This document shows positions 9,310 through 20,753 of a stretch of DNA of 36,090 bases, piece after piece. Every line of letters begins with the position of its first letter. Within the stretch, counting starts at the first letter, position 1. The stretch spans positions 1-36,090 of the forward strand of contig JAUWVE010000002.1 of the NCBI GenBank assembly GCA_030617565.1. The letters are read 5' to 3'. The position numbers and the translations under genes were made by a program. The notes beneath the pieces were generated by a model. That model was not told where the DNA came from, searched no databases, and worked only from the letters and a program-made list of their open reading frames with translations. The stretch comes from Gammaproteobacteria bacterium (GTDB taxonomy: Bacteria > Pseudomonadota > Gammaproteobacteria > BMS3Bbin11).

Positions 9310-10545
9310 TTAAAAACTGCCACTGAACCAGCTTTTCATCTTTCTCATAACAGAGCCGATACCCGACTTCATTATTTCTGATGAAGCCGGGTCTTTACGC
9401 CGGCGGTTACCAAAATGAATCAGTCCTATCCCAGTTGAATAAATTGGATTGCAAACCACTTCTTTCAGCCCTCCTGTGTAGTCCGGCAAGCCCAGCCGGA
9501 CCGGTTGATGAAACACTTCCTCTGCCAGCTCTACCATGCCTTGCAGCTTTGAAGAACCGCCGGTCAAAACGATGCCTGAACCGATAAGATCCTCGAAGCC
9601 GCTGCGGCGTAATTCAGCCAGCACCAGGCCATACATTTCCTCTACCCGGGGTTCGACCACCTCGGCCAGTGTTTGCCTGGCGACACGCCTTGGTGGGCGG
9701 CCGCCGACACTGGAGGTTTCAAAAACATCTGTTGGATCTGTCAGCTGCGTTAAGGCACAGCCATATTTTTTCTTGATCTCTTCTGCGGAATTGGTCGGTG
9801 TACGCAATGCTACGGCGATATCATTAGTAATCTGATCACCGGCAATCGGGATTACGGCTGTATGTCGTATAGAACCTTCAGTAAACACAGCAATGTCAGT
9901 CGTGCCGCCGCCGATATCTACCAGGCACACACCCAGATCCTTTTCATCCTCTTCCAGCACCGCATCGCTCGAAGCTAGCTGCTCAAGAATGATGTCATCG
10001 ACCTCCAGGCCACAACGCTGGATACACTTGATAATATTTTGTGTGGCACTGACTGCACCCGTAATTATATGTACCTTGGCCTCCAGCCGGACACCACACA
10101 TGCCAACGGGTTCTTTGATGCCATCCTGTGAATCAATAATAAATTCCTGTGGCAGGATGTGCAGTATTTTCTGATCCATGGGTATTGCCATGGCACGCGC
10201 TGCTTCAATGACACGGTCGACATCTCCCTGACCAATTTCCTTGTCCCGTACGGCGACCACGCCCTGGGAATTGAAACTATTGATATGAGCGCCAGCGATG
10301 CCCGCATAGACAGAATAAATCTGACAGCCTGCCATCAATTCCGCCTCTTCAACTGCACGCTGTATGGATTGCACTGTCGATTCAATATTTGCCACTACGC
10401 CACGCTTCATGCCTCGGGCAGGATGATGACCTACACCGACAATCTCTATCTCACCATCAGCGTCGACTTCGCCGACTATAGCCAGCACTTTGGAAGTGCC
10501 AATATCCAGCCCTACAATTAAGTTGCTATCGTTCTTTTTTACCAT
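9310..10545 (-). CDS. ftsA: Cell division protein FtsA (actin-like ATPase)
   Basis: 411 aa with VGLDIGTSKV and DIGGGTTDIAVF phosphate-binding motifs, positioned between ftsQ and ftsZ. Confidence 0.95.
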   Translation of the reverse strand: MVKKNDSNLIVGLDIGTSKVLAIVGEVDADGEIEIVGVGHHPARGMKRGVVANIESTVQSIQRAVEEAELMAGCQIYSVYAGIAGAHINSFNSQGVVAVRDKEIGQGDVDRVIEAARAMAIPMDQKILHILPQEFIIDSQDGIKEPVGMCGVRLEAKVHIITGAVSATQNIIKCIQRCGLEVDDIILEQLASSDAVLEEDEKDLGVCLVDIGGGTTDIAVFTEGSIRHTAVIPIAGDQITNDIAVALRTPTNSAEEIKKKYGCALTQLTDPTDVFETSSVGGRPPRRVARQTLAEVVEPRVEEMYGLVLAELRRSGFEDLIGSGIVLTGGSSKLQGMVELAEEVFHQPVRLGLPDYTGGLKEVVCNPIYSTGIGLIHFGNRRRKDPASSEIMKSGIGSVMRKMKSWFSGSF

Positions 10546-10579
10546 CGTGTTTTACCAGTCATATTGATCACTTTACGGC

Positions 10580-11350
10580 TCATCCGGCATTTACCGGTGT
10601 TGTTTCTTCAATGCTGTTCCACTTCACAGCAAAACCATTCGGGTATCGCAGGTCAACAGAGATCAGGCGTTGTTCAAGTTTGCCCAGCGTTTGCCCATAG
10701 GCACGCGCAAAACGATAAAGCCGGTCCTGCATGTCGCGACGCCCTAGACGTATGCTTATCTGCTCATTGCGTAAGTAATTTGATGCCGAAATTTGCCATG
10801 CTCCGCGCTGTGAATAGCTTAATTTCCTTAACTGCATGCCAACATCTGCAAGCAGGCTGGAAAATTGCTGAGACCTCAGTTGTACAAGAACCTGTGTTCC
10901 ATCCGGACCAGACCAGAGCGGCAGACCTGGCATTTTTAAACCGGGTAATTCCACTATGGTGGCATCGCTGGTCACCCAGCCTGCCTTATTCCAGGCAGCG
11001 ATTAATCGCTGCTCTTTTACATTGACCTGCAAGGTATCCGGCCAACGACGACTGACTGAAACATCTGACACCCAGTCGATATCACGCAGTGCTGCCTCAA
11101 GCTTCTGCAGATCAATGGCAAAGAAATTATTGCCGATATAAGGCGCCACATTTTCCTGCAATGCTGACTTTTCCACGTGTCGAAATTCACCGATAAAACT
11201 TATCCGCGAAACGGGAAAACGGTCAGGCTGCAGTATATAATCTGCAAACATCAGGATGCCGCCAGCAAACAGGAGTAGCAGCAGCATACTGCTAAGCAGA
11301 CTTCCTTTTTGCTGCCCGGCTGATGCAATAGTCGGCTGGCACTTAGTCAT
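10580..11350 (-). CDS. ftsQ: Cell division protein FtsQ
   Basis: 256 aa with a single N-terminal TM helix followed by a POTRA-like region, in the canonical position between ddl and ftsA. Confidence 0.8.
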   Translation of the reverse strand: MTKCQPTIASAGQQKGSLLSSMLLLLLFAGGILMFADYILQPDRFPVSRISFIGEFRHVEKSALQENVAPYIGNNFFAIDLQKLEAALRDIDWVSDVSVSRRWPDTLQVNVKEQRLIAAWNKAGWVTSDATIVELPGLKMPGLPLWSGPDGTQVLVQLRSQQFSSLLADVGMQLRKLSYSQRGAWQISASNYLRNEQISIRLGRRDMQDRLYRFARAYGQTLGKLEQRLISVDLRYPNGFAVKWNSIEETTPVNAG

Positions 11351-12287
11351 CTGCCGTCTCCAGTATCCGCAACACCAGTTGATTAAAATCCATGCCTGCC
11401 TGTTTCGCCGCCATGGGTACCAGCGAGTGGCTGGTCATACCCGGTACAGTATTCACTTCAAGCAGATAAGGTTTTTGATTCTCATCCAATAGCACATCCA
11501 CCCGACCCCAGCCGCTGCATGCACTGATATCAAAGGCCCGGGTCGCCAGCTTCTGCACCTCTTCTTCAAACTCCGCGGTTAACCCGCATGGGCAGATGTA
11601 GGCCGTTTCTTCACTGAGATACTTGGCTTCGTAATCATAGAACTTCCCTGCAGCTTCAAGACTGATGACGGGTAAGGCACGATCGTCCAGCATGGCAACG
11701 GTTAGCTCCGTCCCGTTTATCCATTTCTCAGCCAGTACAATGTCATCAAGTTTTTTTGCTTCCTGCCAGGACTGCAGCAGTTCCACCTGATTCTCTGCCT
11801 TACTGATACCAATGCTTGATCCTTCACGCGATGGTTTAACTGCCATAGGAAATCCAATCTGTAGGGCAGCCTGCGCTAGATCAGACTCTGTCTTAAGCAG
11901 CATAAACTCAGGTGTAGGCAGACCTGCTCCCTGCCACATTAATTTGCATCGAGCTTTTTCCATTGCGATGGCGGAACCCAGTACACCGCTGCCTGTATAG
12001 GGAATACCCAGCACCTCCAGTGCTCCTTGCATTACACCATCCTCTCCCCAGCGGCCATGCAAGGCGATGAAAACACGATCAATGCCGGCATCCTGCAAAT
12101 CAGCCAGTACTGAACTATCTTTTGCATCAAAGCCCTGTGCATCGACACCCTGTTGCTGCAATGCTGCCAGCACGGCATTGCCTGACAATAAGGAAATTTC
12201 GCGCTCAGCCGAGGGGCCACCCATGAGAACGGCAACTTTACCGAAACGTGAAGTCATTGAAGCATCAGGTATTGAGGATTCAGGCAT
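11343..12287 (-). CDS. ddl: D-alanine--D-alanine ligase
   Basis: KVAVLMGGPSAEREISLLSG N-terminus and an ATP-grasp C-terminal region (LEVNTVPGMTSHSLVP). GGGAGG SD lies 6 nt upstream of the ATG at 12287. Confidence 0.93.
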   Translation of the reverse strand: MPESSIPDASMTSRFGKVAVLMGGPSAEREISLLSGNAVLAALQQQGVDAQGFDAKDSSVLADLQDAGIDRVFIALHGRWGEDGVMQGALEVLGIPYTGSGVLGSAIAMEKARCKLMWQGAGLPTPEFMLLKTESDLAQAALQIGFPMAVKPSREGSSIGISKAENQVELLQSWQEAKKLDDIVLAEKWINGTELTVAMLDDRALPVISLEAAGKFYDYEAKYLSEETAYICPCGLTAEFEEEVQKLATRAFDISACSGWGRVDVLLDENQKPYLLEVNTVPGMTSHSLVPMAAKQAGMDFNQLVLRILETADD

Positions 12288-13182
12288 TATCGGCCTCCCC
12301 GATGATATGAACTTCCGGCTGCAACTTTATTCCTTCCTGTTCTGAGACAACTGTCTGTATATGAAGTACCAAAGCTTCGATATCTGCCGCTGTTGCACCA
12401 CCCGTATTAATGATGAAATTTGCATGCTTGCCTGACACACAGGCAGCGCCAATTCGCGAGCCCTTCAGACCACAAACATCAATCAGTCTGGCGGCAAAAT
12501 CACCAGGAGGATTCTTAAATACTGAACCGGCATTTGCGGTACCCACCGGCTGAGATTCGTTTCTTTTTTGCAGTAGATTACGCACCCGGCTTTTCGATTC
12601 TGCACTGCGGCCCGTCTTCAGCCTCAAATTCGCGGCAACAAACCATTCATCTTGCGGGCCATGTACTGAGCGATAATCCACGGCAAAATCATCTACCGAT
12701 CGCTGGATCTGATTTCCACTACGATCCATCATTTCGACAGAATCGACGATTTGCCAGGTTTCATCACCAAATGCACCGGCATTCATCGCCAGCGCACCGC
12801 CAAACAAGCCCGGTATACCGGCCAGAAATTCAGCACCGGAGAGATTGCTGTTGGCACAGAAACGCGCCACTCTGGCGGATGAAACACCCACTTCCACACG
12901 TACCAGTGCCTGTTCAACTAACGAGATATTATTCAGCCCATTTAACACATGTATGACTATCCCGCGTATACCACCATCCCGTACCAGCAGGTTGCTGCCA
13001 AGCCCCAGCCAGGTGAGCGGCAATGAGGGGTCGGATTCACGCAGAAAAACTGCCAGATCATCAATCGATGTCGGCTGATAGAAATAATCTGCAGGCCCAC
13101 CTACTCTCCATGAGGTATGTTTTGCCATCGGCTCGTTGGTCAACAACCGGCCATTCCAGTTATTTGTGCTGGCAGGCATCAT
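12280..13182 (-). CDS. murB: UDP-N-acetylenolpyruvoylglucosamine reductase
   Basis: 300 aa with [16 protein letters not shown] and [13 protein letters not shown]-binding motifs, and [10 protein letters not shown] near the C-terminus. Confidence 0.9.
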   Translation of the reverse strand: MMPASTNNWNGRLLTNEPMAKHTSWRVGGPADYFYQPTSIDDLAVFLRESDPSLPLTWLGLGSNLLVRDGGIRGIVIHVLNGLNNISLVEQALVRVEVGVSSARVARFCANSNLSGAEFLAGIPGLFGGALAMNAGAFGDETWQIVDSVEMMDRSGNQIQRSVDDFAVDYRSVHGPQDEWFVAANLRLKTGRSAESKSRVRNLLQKRNESQPVGTANAGSVFKNPPGDFAARLIDVCGLKGSRIGAACVSGKHANFIINTGGATAADIEALVLHIQTVVSEQEGIKLQPEVHIIGEADNA

Positions 13183-14588
13183 CCAGCCTCCCCTGACAGC
13201 TTGCTGATAAAATCCGGTAATTCCTGGGCGATGCGGCCGATATCGCCCGCACCAAGAGTAATCAATACATCACCTGCCTGCAGCGTATCTGCCAGAACTT
13301 CAAGCAGCTGTTCCCGGTCTTCGACAAACACCGGTATCGCCTTGCCACGTGCACGAATGGCACGGCACAGGGCCCTGCCGTCTGCACTGTCAATAGCGGC
13401 TTCACCCGCTGCATAGACTTCCATCACGATGAGGTGGTCAACAACACTGAGGACGCGCCCGAAGTCCTCCAGTAAATCACACGTACGGCTGTAACGGTGC
13501 GGCTGAAACACTACCAGCTTGCGGCGGTCCGGCCATGCAGCTTCCGCAGCGGCTAAAGCAGCCTCCAATTCACGCGGGTGATGGGCATAATCATCAACCA
13601 GTAGTAGCTCGCCAGCATCAAATGCCAGCGGTCCCTTAATCTGGAAACGTCTGTCTATGCCCTGAAATTCGCTGAGGCCTGCAATAATCTTTTCATTGCC
13701 GATACCCAGATTCCAGGCAACTGCAATGGCAGCCAGTGTGTTGAGTACATTATGCCGGCCCGGCATATTGAGGCTAACATCCATTTCCATGCCGGTAGAC
13801 TTCTGATGGACCCTGAACACCGAACGTACGCCCTGCTGTCTGAAATCACTGGCCTGGATATCGGCATCATCACTGAAGCCATAACTCACCATCGGCCTGC
13901 TGATTGACGGCATGATCTCACGTACAACCGGATCATCAATACAGAGAATAGCCAGTCCGTAAAAAGGAATATTATGCAGAAACTGAATGAATGCCTCTTT
14001 CAATTCAGTGAAGTCACCGTGGTAGGTCGCCAGATGATCTGCATCAATATTTGTCACAACTGCAATCAATGGCTGCAGGTGCAGGAACGAAGCATCACTT
14101 TCATCAGCTTCAGCAACCAGGTATTCACCCTGCCCCAGTCTTGCATTGGCATCGGCACTTAAAAGACGACCGCCGATGATAAAGGTTGGGTCCATTTCGC
14201 CGCTGGCCATGACACTGGCAACTAACGAAGTCGTTGTGGTTTTTCCATGTGTACCGGCAACCGCGATGCCTCTCGCGAAGCGCATCAGTTCTCCCAGCAT
14301 TTCAGCACGGGGAATGACCGGCACCTTCGCTTCACGGGCCGTCATAACTTCAGGATTATCATCATTCACGGCACTTGAAATCACGACAACATCTGCGCCA
14401 TGTATATTTTCAGCAGCATGTCCGGAATAGATTTTTACACCCTGCTCTGCAAGCTGCTGCGTGACGGCTGAACTGGCAAGGTCAGAGCCGGATACCTGAT
14501 AGCCCTGGTTGATCAGTACCTGGGCAATGCCACTCATGCCCGCACCGCCGATGCCTACGAAATGAATATGCTTTACGTATTCACGCAT
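13179..14588 (-). CDS. murC: UDP-N-acetylmuramate--L-alanine ligase
   Basis: [17 protein letters not shown]-terminus and the Mur ligase P-loop [10 protein letters not shown]; 469 aa. Confidence 0.95.
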   Translation of the reverse strand: MREYVKHIHFVGIGGAGMSGIAQVLINQGYQVSGSDLASSAVTQQLAEQGVKIYSGHAAENIHGADVVVISSAVNDDNPEVMTAREAKVPVIPRAEMLGELMRFARGIAVAGTHGKTTTTSLVASVMASGEMDPTFIIGGRLLSADANARLGQGEYLVAEADESDASFLHLQPLIAVVTNIDADHLATYHGDFTELKEAFIQFLHNIPFYGLAILCIDDPVVREIMPSISRPMVSYGFSDDADIQASDFRQQGVRSVFRVHQKSTGMEMDVSLNMPGRHNVLNTLAAIAVAWNLGIGNEKIIAGLSEFQGIDRRFQIKGPLAFDAGELLLVDDYAHHPRELEAALAAAEAAWPDRRKLVVFQPHRYSRTCDLLEDFGRVLSVVDHLIVMEVYAAGEAAIDSADGRALCRAIRARGKAIPVFVEDREQLLEVLADTLQAGDVLITLGAGDIGRIAQELPDFISKLSGEAG

Positions 14589-15657
14589 GCATCACCTCTT
14601 TACAGATATCTGCTACCTGGCGTGTAGCATCTGTCATCGCATTTTGTCTTGCTCGGCGTGACAAACCCATCAGGCATGGGCGATCATTGGCCAGTTCAGC
14701 AAGAACGTTGGCCAGGCTCTCAGCAGAGAATCTTTCCTGTGGAATAAGAATTGCGGCCTTTTTATCTGAAAGAAAACGTGCATTCAGGGTCTGGTGATCA
14801 TAGATAGCATACGGGTAAGGAACAAAAATCGCCGCCACACCGGCGGCCGCAATCTCAGCAACAGTCATTGCACCTGCGCGGCAAATTACCAGGTCGGCCC
14901 ACAGGTAGGCGGCAGCCATGTCATCAATAAACTCGCGGCAGTTTACTTCCACAGCAAACTCATCATAGATATTTAATGTTGCTTCCAGTTTTCCACGCCC
15001 TGCCTGATGTAATACTTCAGGACGAATAACTGAATCTATACTTGCCAGTGCGGCAGGCACGGTCTCATTCAACACCTGTGCGCCGAGACTGCCACCGACA
15101 ATCAGCAGATGCAGTCTGCCAGAACGCCCCTGCAATCTTTGCTCAGGAAGCGGTAATGCCGCGATGCTCTCACGCACAGGGTTTCCGACATAGTGACGAT
15201 GGCGACTGCCGACCAGCACATCAGGGAACCCGACCAGTACCTCATTAGCTATTTTTGCCAGCCATTTATTAGTAAGACCGACTACAGCATTCGATTCATG
15301 AATCAGCAACGGCACTCTTAACAACCTGCTCATCAAGCCACCTGGCCCTGAAACGAAGCCCCCCATGCCTAATGCCGCTGCAGGACGTCTTCGATAGATG
15401 ATGGCAGCCGTCTGTAGCATTGCATAAATAATCTTGAATGGAGCTGAGACAAGTGCAAACAGACCTCTCCCCTTAATGCCGCTGATAGATATCCATTCGA
15501 CATCAATATCGTTCTCAGGTACCACGTGTGCTTCGATGCCCTGCCGGGTTCCAAGCCAGAACACATTCACCCCGTCCGCCTGCAGGGTATGCGCCACGGC
15601 CAGCGCAGGATAGACATGCCCGCCTGTTCCACCGGCCATGATCATCAATGTGCTCAT
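14581..15657 (-). CDS. murG: Undecaprenyldiphospho-muramoylpentapeptide beta-N-acetylglucosaminyltransferase
   Basis: [15 protein letters not shown]-loop at the N-terminus; 358 aa; conserved position. Confidence 0.93.
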   Translation of the reverse strand: MSTLMIMAGGTGGHVYPALAVAHTLQADGVNVFWLGTRQGIEAHVVPENDIDVEWISISGIKGRGLFALVSAPFKIIYAMLQTAAIIYRRRPAAALGMGGFVSGPGGLMSRLLRVPLLIHESNAVVGLTNKWLAKIANEVLVGFPDVLVGSRHRHYVGNPVRESIAALPLPEQRLQGRSGRLHLLIVGGSLGAQVLNETVPAALASIDSVIRPEVLHQAGRGKLEATLNIYDEFAVEVNCREFIDDMAAAYLWADLVICRAGAMTVAEIAAAGVAAIFVPYPYAIYDHQTLNARFLSDKKAAILIPQERFSAESLANVLAELANDRPCLMGLSRRARQNAMTDATRQVADICKEVMHA

Positions 15658-16820
15658 CGCTTTCTCCCCGGCTTCGGTGTGGTCTCACGTGCAACCGCAA
15701 GCAACAGACCCATCGCCATACTGCTGGCAAGCAGGCTGGAACCACCCTGGGAAATAAAGGGTAACGGTAGTCCTTTTGTCGGCAGTACACCCATATTCAC
15801 ACCGGTGTTGATTAACACCTCAATGGCGATCAACAGAGCGATGCCCTGAGCCAGGCGGCAGGCAAATAGATTGCCCAGCGATTCAGCCCTGCGTGACAAT
15901 GAAAAGGCGTGCCAGATCAATGCTATGAACAGGCCGAGGACAAGCATGACACCGATAAAGCCCAGTTCTTCACCGATCACTGCAAACAGGAAATCAGTAC
16001 GCGCAGCCGGAAGATAATTAAGCTTTTGAATGCTTTCACCGAGCCCGATACCATTCCAGCCACCACGACCAAAGGCGATATAGGACTGGATCAATTGGTA
16101 GCCCTTATTCATCGGGTCGGACCAGGGATCCATAAAACCGGTGATACGCTGCATCCTGTAGGCTGCAGCGGTCACCAATAAAATTCCACCTAAAGCGGCT
16201 GTACCAAGAATTATAAAGAAATGCAGGTAGCGTATGCCACCGAGAAACATCATGCCGAACACGGTGGCTACAATGACCACGGTAGAGCCGAAATCCGGTT
16301 CCATCAGCAACAGGCCACCAAACACAGCCAGCACGATGGAAACAATGAGTATGCCCTGGCTGAAAATACGCATCTCTTCCTGCTTACGCGTCAGGAAACC
16401 CGCCATATAAATAATCAGAAAGACCTTGGCAAATTCTGACGGCTGTAGATTCAAAGGGCCCAGTTTTATCCAGCGCACGCTGCCCCATACTTCCGTCCCA
16501 ACACCCGGCATCAGGATTAAGGCCAGCACCAGCATCGACATAACGACCAGCAATGGCCCTGCTTTTTCTACCAGGCCCAGAGGAATGCGTGACACAACAA
16601 CCATCAACAGAACTGCCAGAAAAACAAACAAAGCCTGTTGTCTTAGCACCGACAATGCAGGCCCCTGCTCCATACTGCTTGCATTCATGGAGGCTGAGAA
16701 CACCATTACTAGGCTTAAACCAAACAGACCGATGATGGGAATCAGCAGGCCGTAGTCATAAGTGTATGCGCCTTTAGTCATCGGCATAGAGGCTTTAACA
16801 GCATGGGATGCAGCAGCCAT
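15654..16820 (-). CDS. ftsW: Peptidoglycan glycosyltransferase FtsW (SEDS family)
   Basis: Polytopic membrane protein in the SEDS position. The ATG at 16820 overlaps the murD stop as TGATG. The ORF track offers an alternative TTG at 16841, 7 codons upstream. Confidence 0.9.
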   Translation of the reverse strand: MAAASHAVKASMPMTKGAYTYDYGLLIPIIGLFGLSLVMVFSASMNASSMEQGPALSVLRQQALFVFLAVLLMVVVSRIPLGLVEKAGPLLVVMSMLVLALILMPGVGTEVWGSVRWIKLGPLNLQPSEFAKVFLIIYMAGFLTRKQEEMRIFSQGILIVSIVLAVFGGLLLMEPDFGSTVVIVATVFGMMFLGGIRYLHFFIILGTAALGGILLVTAAAYRMQRITGFMDPWSDPMNKGYQLIQSYIAFGRGGWNGIGLGESIQKLNYLPAARTDFLFAVIGEELGFIGVMLVLGLFIALIWHAFSLSRRAESLGNLFACRLAQGIALLIAIEVLINTGVNMGVLPTKGLPLPFISQGGSSLLASSMAMGLLLAVARETTPKPGRKR

Positions 16821-18304
16821 CAGACCAGTCTCCCTGCCCAAAGGCGAAAGTCATCACCACGCTGTTCAAAATTTTGATACATATCAAAACTCGCACAGGC
16901 TGGAGACAGTAGAACCACGTCCCCTGCCTCAGCCAGCACAGAAGCCTGCGCTACCGCATCAGACATATCAGCGGCCAGGCTGGTAGAGACAACATCTGAC
17001 ACTGCATCCTGGATTTTTCCAGCATCCCTGCCAATCAGGATTATTGCTTTTACATGCTGTTCAACGGCCTCACGCAGGGGCGTAAAATCAGCATCTTTAG
17101 CAATGCCACCCGCTATCAGGATCACCGGTGCATGCAAGCCATTAAGAGCCGCTACGCTAGCACCAACATTGGTGCCTTTGGAATCATTTATCCAGTCGAC
17201 GCCATTGATTTGATACAACAGCTCCATGCGGTGTGGTAAACCTTTGAATTCAGTTACAGCCTCTTTAATCAGACTGTCAGTGACACCTACGCTGCCGGCA
17301 AGTGCCCAGGCAGCAAGAACATTGAGCAGATTATGCTGCCCTGCAAGATGAATTTCGTCTGCCGCAATCAGGGGCTTGTCGCCGCGGTATAAATAAACGA
17401 CACCATTGATGTCTGCAAGACCGTAATCCTGTTCATTTTCTGGCATCGCTGAGCTGAAAAGAATCTGCTCTTTATCATTCTGCTGCATCTGCAGTCCCTG
17501 CAACAGAGATGTCTCATCGAGATTAATCAGCACCTTATCACTGCCCTGATACACTTTTATCTTCGTGGCAATATAGTCATCCATGGCCTGGTAACGATCC
17601 ATATGATCGGCCGCAATATTCAACACCACGGCAATCGCCGGTTTCAGGCTCCAGGTTGTTTCCAACTGAAAACTGGAAAGCTCCAGCACATAGATAGTAT
17701 TTTCATCGTCATCCAGCAATTCGAGTACCGGTACACCAATATTTCCACCGACTGCCACTCTGCGACCGGCATGCTGCAAAATTTCACCCACCAGGGCAGT
17801 AACCGTAGATTTTCCATTCGAACCGGTAATAGCAATAACCGGCGACTGCACACACTGGGCAAACAGTTCGACATCGCCAACCGGGCGCACACCTGTTGCC
17901 AGCAGTGGGGCGAGATCAGGATGACTCAAAGGCACACCGGGCGATACCACCAGCAGACTGTCATCAGTCCAGTGTTCAACAGCCAGACTGCCACAATGTA
18001 TTTGAACGTCAGGCAGCTGCTGCTCCAGTTGCTGACGTAAAACAGGCTTGTTACTGGAATCGTAGACATCGACATGCAGACCCTGTTTGCTGAGAAAGAC
18101 TGCTGCCGCCAGACCAGACAGGCCAAGGCCAATAACTGCTGCGTGAGTTGGGCTGCCCTGTAAATGACAGCGCTCGTTGGTGTTATTGATGTCGCGCTGA
18201 TGATTGCCAGCGTCAACGGGCCCTGGCGCCCTGTCAGCCGCCATAAAATAAATCGCAGGAGTAGCAGCCGTGTTGTGTATTTGCTGGTTCATCATCTCGA
18301 TCAA
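16820..18304 (-). CDS. murD: UDP-N-acetylmuramoylalanine--D-glutamate ligase, with an N-terminal extension
   Basis: [15 protein letters not shown] Rossmann motif and the GSNGKSTV P-loop. The ORF opens with TTG at 18304; ATGs lie at 18295/18292 and at codon 21. Confidence 0.9.
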   Translation of the reverse strand: MIEMMNQQIHNTAATPAIYFMAADRAPGPVDAGNHQRDINNTNERCHLQGSPTHAAVIGLGLSGLAAAVFLSKQGLHVDVYDSSNKPVLRQQLEQQLPDVQIHCGSLAVEHWTDDSLLVVSPGVPLSHPDLAPLLATGVRPVGDVELFAQCVQSPVIAITGSNGKSTVTALVGEILQHAGRRVAVGGNIGVPVLELLDDDENTIYVLELSSFQLETTWSLKPAIAVVLNIAADHMDRYQAMDDYIATKIKVYQGSDKVLINLDETSLLQGLQMQQNDKEQILFSSAMPENEQDYGLADINGVVYLYRGDKPLIAADEIHLAGQHNLLNVLAAWALAGSVGVTDSLIKEAVTEFKGLPHRMELLYQINGVDWINDSKGTNVGASVAALNGLHAPVILIAGGIAKDADFTPLREAVEQHVKAIILIGRDAGKIQDAVSDVVSTSLAADMSDAVAQASVLAEAGDVVLLSPACASFDMYQNFEQRGDDFRLWAGRLV

Positions 18305-19383
18305 CGTACCTTCAGTGTTGCCAGGCCAATGGCGACAAGAACCAGGGTGATAATCCAGAAACGAACAATAACGCGAGGTTCTGGCCAGCCTTTTAATTCA
18401 AAATGATGATGCAGAGGGGCCATGCGGAAGATACGCTTGCCGGTAAGCTTGAATGAAGCCACCTGTAAAATAACAGATGCCGTTTCCATCACAAACACCC
18501 CACCCATCACCAGCAGTACGATTTCCTGTCGCACCATCACCGCGACAATACCCAGTGCGGCACCCAGCGACAGAGCACCAATATCACCCATAAACACCTG
18601 CGCCGGATAAGTATTGAACCAGAGAAAACCAAGGCCTGCGCCAGTCAGTGCTGCACAGAAAATCAGCAACTCACCTACACCTGCGATATAGGGGATGCCC
18701 AGGTAGCCTGCGAAAACTGAATGCCCCGTGACGTAGGCAAAGACGCCCAGCCCCCCGGCAACCATGACCGTGGGCATGATGGCCAGGCCATCAAGCCCGT
18801 CTGTAAGATTCACCGCATTACTGGTGCCGACCACCATTAAATAAGTAAGCAGAATAAACCAGGGGCCGAGGTAGATAACGACATCCTTGAAAACAGGCAC
18901 AATAAGACTGATCTCTGCTGGCGATTGTGCAGTGACATACAAATAAACCGCGGCTCCACCACCTGCTACCGACTGCCAGAAGAACTTCGGCCCGGAGCCC
19001 ATGCCACGTGTGTCCTTATCGACTATCTTGCGGTAATCATCGATCCAGCCAATGGCACCGAAAGCGATTGTGACCAGTAGCGCCACCCAGACAAAACGGT
19101 TGCTGAGGTCTGCCCACAACAGAGTAGAAATTGTGATAGCAACCAGAATCAGGGCACCCCCCATGGTTGGTGTACCAACCTTGTCAAAATGTGTCGGTGG
19201 GCCATCTTCACGCACTACCTGCCCGAGCTGGTGTGTGCCCAACTTTCGAATCATGGCTGGCCCCAGCATCAAACTGATAAACAATGCTGTCACCACGCTC
19301 AATACACCGCGCAATGTCAAATACTGGAAGACATTAAAGGCACTGTAATTTTCCGCCAGCTTTTCAAATAAATATAGCAGCAT
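18301..19383 (-). CDS. mraY: Phospho-N-acetylmuramoyl-pentapeptide transferase
   Basis: 360 aa polytopic membrane protein with [13 protein letters not shown] and PLHHHFE motifs. Confidence 0.96.
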   Translation of the reverse strand: MLLYLFEKLAENYSAFNVFQYLTLRGVLSVVTALFISLMLGPAMIRKLGTHQLGQVVREDGPPTHFDKVGTPTMGGALILVAITISTLLWADLSNRFVWVALLVTIAFGAIGWIDDYRKIVDKDTRGMGSGPKFFWQSVAGGGAAVYLYVTAQSPAEISLIVPVFKDVVIYLGPWFILLTYLMVVGTSNAVNLTDGLDGLAIMPTVMVAGGLGVFAYVTGHSVFAGYLGIPYIAGVGELLIFCAALTGAGLGFLWFNTYPAQVFMGDIGALSLGAALGIVAVMVRQEIVLLVMGGVFVMETASVILQVASFKLTGKRIFRMAPLHHHFELKGWPEPRVIVRFWIITLVLVAIGLATLKVR

Positions 19384-19385
19384 TT

Positions 19386-20753
19386 TCAGTCCCTGACCCC
19401 GCTTTCATCGAGCTGCTCAATGATCCGTTCCATCTTCATTGCCCTTGAGCCCTTGACCAGAATATTAATCGGTCGATCACTGTTTGCCCTCAGCTCCTTT
19501 GCCAGTGCAATCAGCAGCTCATCAGGCTCAGTGAATGACCGGGTCTGCCTGGCGAAGGCTTCTGCCGTGTATACTGACTGCTCACCCAGGGTGTAGCAGC
19601 TATCAACACCCATCTCTGCGGCCAGTTCACCGGCCTGTTTGTGCAGCAATGTTGAATCCTCACCCAGCTCGCCCATATCCCCCATCACAAAAATTTTTCT
19701 GCCCGGCTGCATCACTAATACTTCCAGGGCAGCCCGTATGGATGCAGGGTTGGCGTTGTAGGTATCATCAATGACATGCAGACCATTTATCGTCTGCGAC
19801 TGCAGTCGTCCTGCGACACCCCGCCATGCTTCCAGCCCTGCGACAATGTCAGCCAGACTGATGCCGACAGAACCGGCAGCTGCCGTTGCGGCCAGGGCAT
19901 TGGCAATATTATGCTGCCCGGGCAATGCCAGTTCGCAGATTGCTTCACCCCACGGTGTTTTAAGAAACACCCTGCTATGATCTTTATAGAGATCGAACTC
20001 GGCCGTCACGTCACTCTCTTGCTGCAGGCTGAATCCAATAATCTGCAAATCCCCTGCCAGCTCACGCCAAAGAGCTGCGTAGTCATCATCATCATTAATA
20101 ATTGCTACACCACCGGCTTTAACACCGGAGAAAATCTCAGCCTTTGCCCGTGCCACACCTTCTACCGACTGCAGCCCCTGCAAATGAGCCGCTGCTGCAT
20201 TGGTGATCACGGCTACATCAGGACGGGCGATGCGGGTCAGGTAAGTCAGCTCACCCGGGTTGTTCATACCCATCTCAGTAACGGCATAGTGCTGGCTATC
20301 ACGCAGCCGCAACAAGGTCAGTGGCAGACCCAGGTCATTATTCAGATTGCCGATAGTCGACAGAACCTTGTCCTTTTCACCGCCACAGGCCTGTATGAAA
20401 ATACTGCTCAGCATTTCCTTGACTGTGGTTTTGCCATTGCTGCCGGTAATGGCCAGCAGTGGAATATCAAAACCTGCACGCCAGCTTGCGGCCAGTTCAC
20501 CCAGTGCAATGCGGGTATCGTCCACAGTGACTGCAGGCAGACTGTCATCAATCTGGCTAGAAATCATGGTAGCGCTGGCACCATTTTCTCTGGCCACGGA
20601 GACATAATCATGGCCATCAAAATTTGGCCCTTTTAGTGCAACAAATAAAGCACCACTACTGAGTGTCCGGGTATCAATGCTGACTGAATCAAAAGCAACA
20701 TCTGCCCCTGAACGACGACCATTGACTATGTGGCTCAACTGCGAAAGCATCAT
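19386..20753 (-). CDS. murF: UDP-N-acetylmuramoyl-tripeptide--D-alanyl-D-alanine ligase
   Basis: Mur ligase P-loop [13 protein letters not shown]; 455 aa; position between murE and mraY. Confidence 0.92.
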   Translation of the reverse strand: MMLSQLSHIVNGRRSGADVAFDSVSIDTRTLSSGALFVALKGPNFDGHDYVSVARENGASATMISSQIDDSLPAVTVDDTRIALGELAASWRAGFDIPLLAITGSNGKTTVKEMLSSIFIQACGGEKDKVLSTIGNLNNDLGLPLTLLRLRDSQHYAVTEMGMNNPGELTYLTRIARPDVAVITNAAAAHLQGLQSVEGVARAKAEIFSGVKAGGVAIINDDDDYAALWRELAGDLQIIGFSLQQESDVTAEFDLYKDHSRVFLKTPWGEAICELALPGQHNIANALAATAAAGSVGISLADIVAGLEAWRGVAGRLQSQTINGLHVIDDTYNANPASIRAALEVLVMQPGRKIFVMGDMGELGEDSTLLHKQAGELAAEMGVDSCYTLGEQSVYTAEAFARQTRSFTEPDELLIALAKELRANSDRPINILVKGSRAMKMERIIEQLDESGVRD

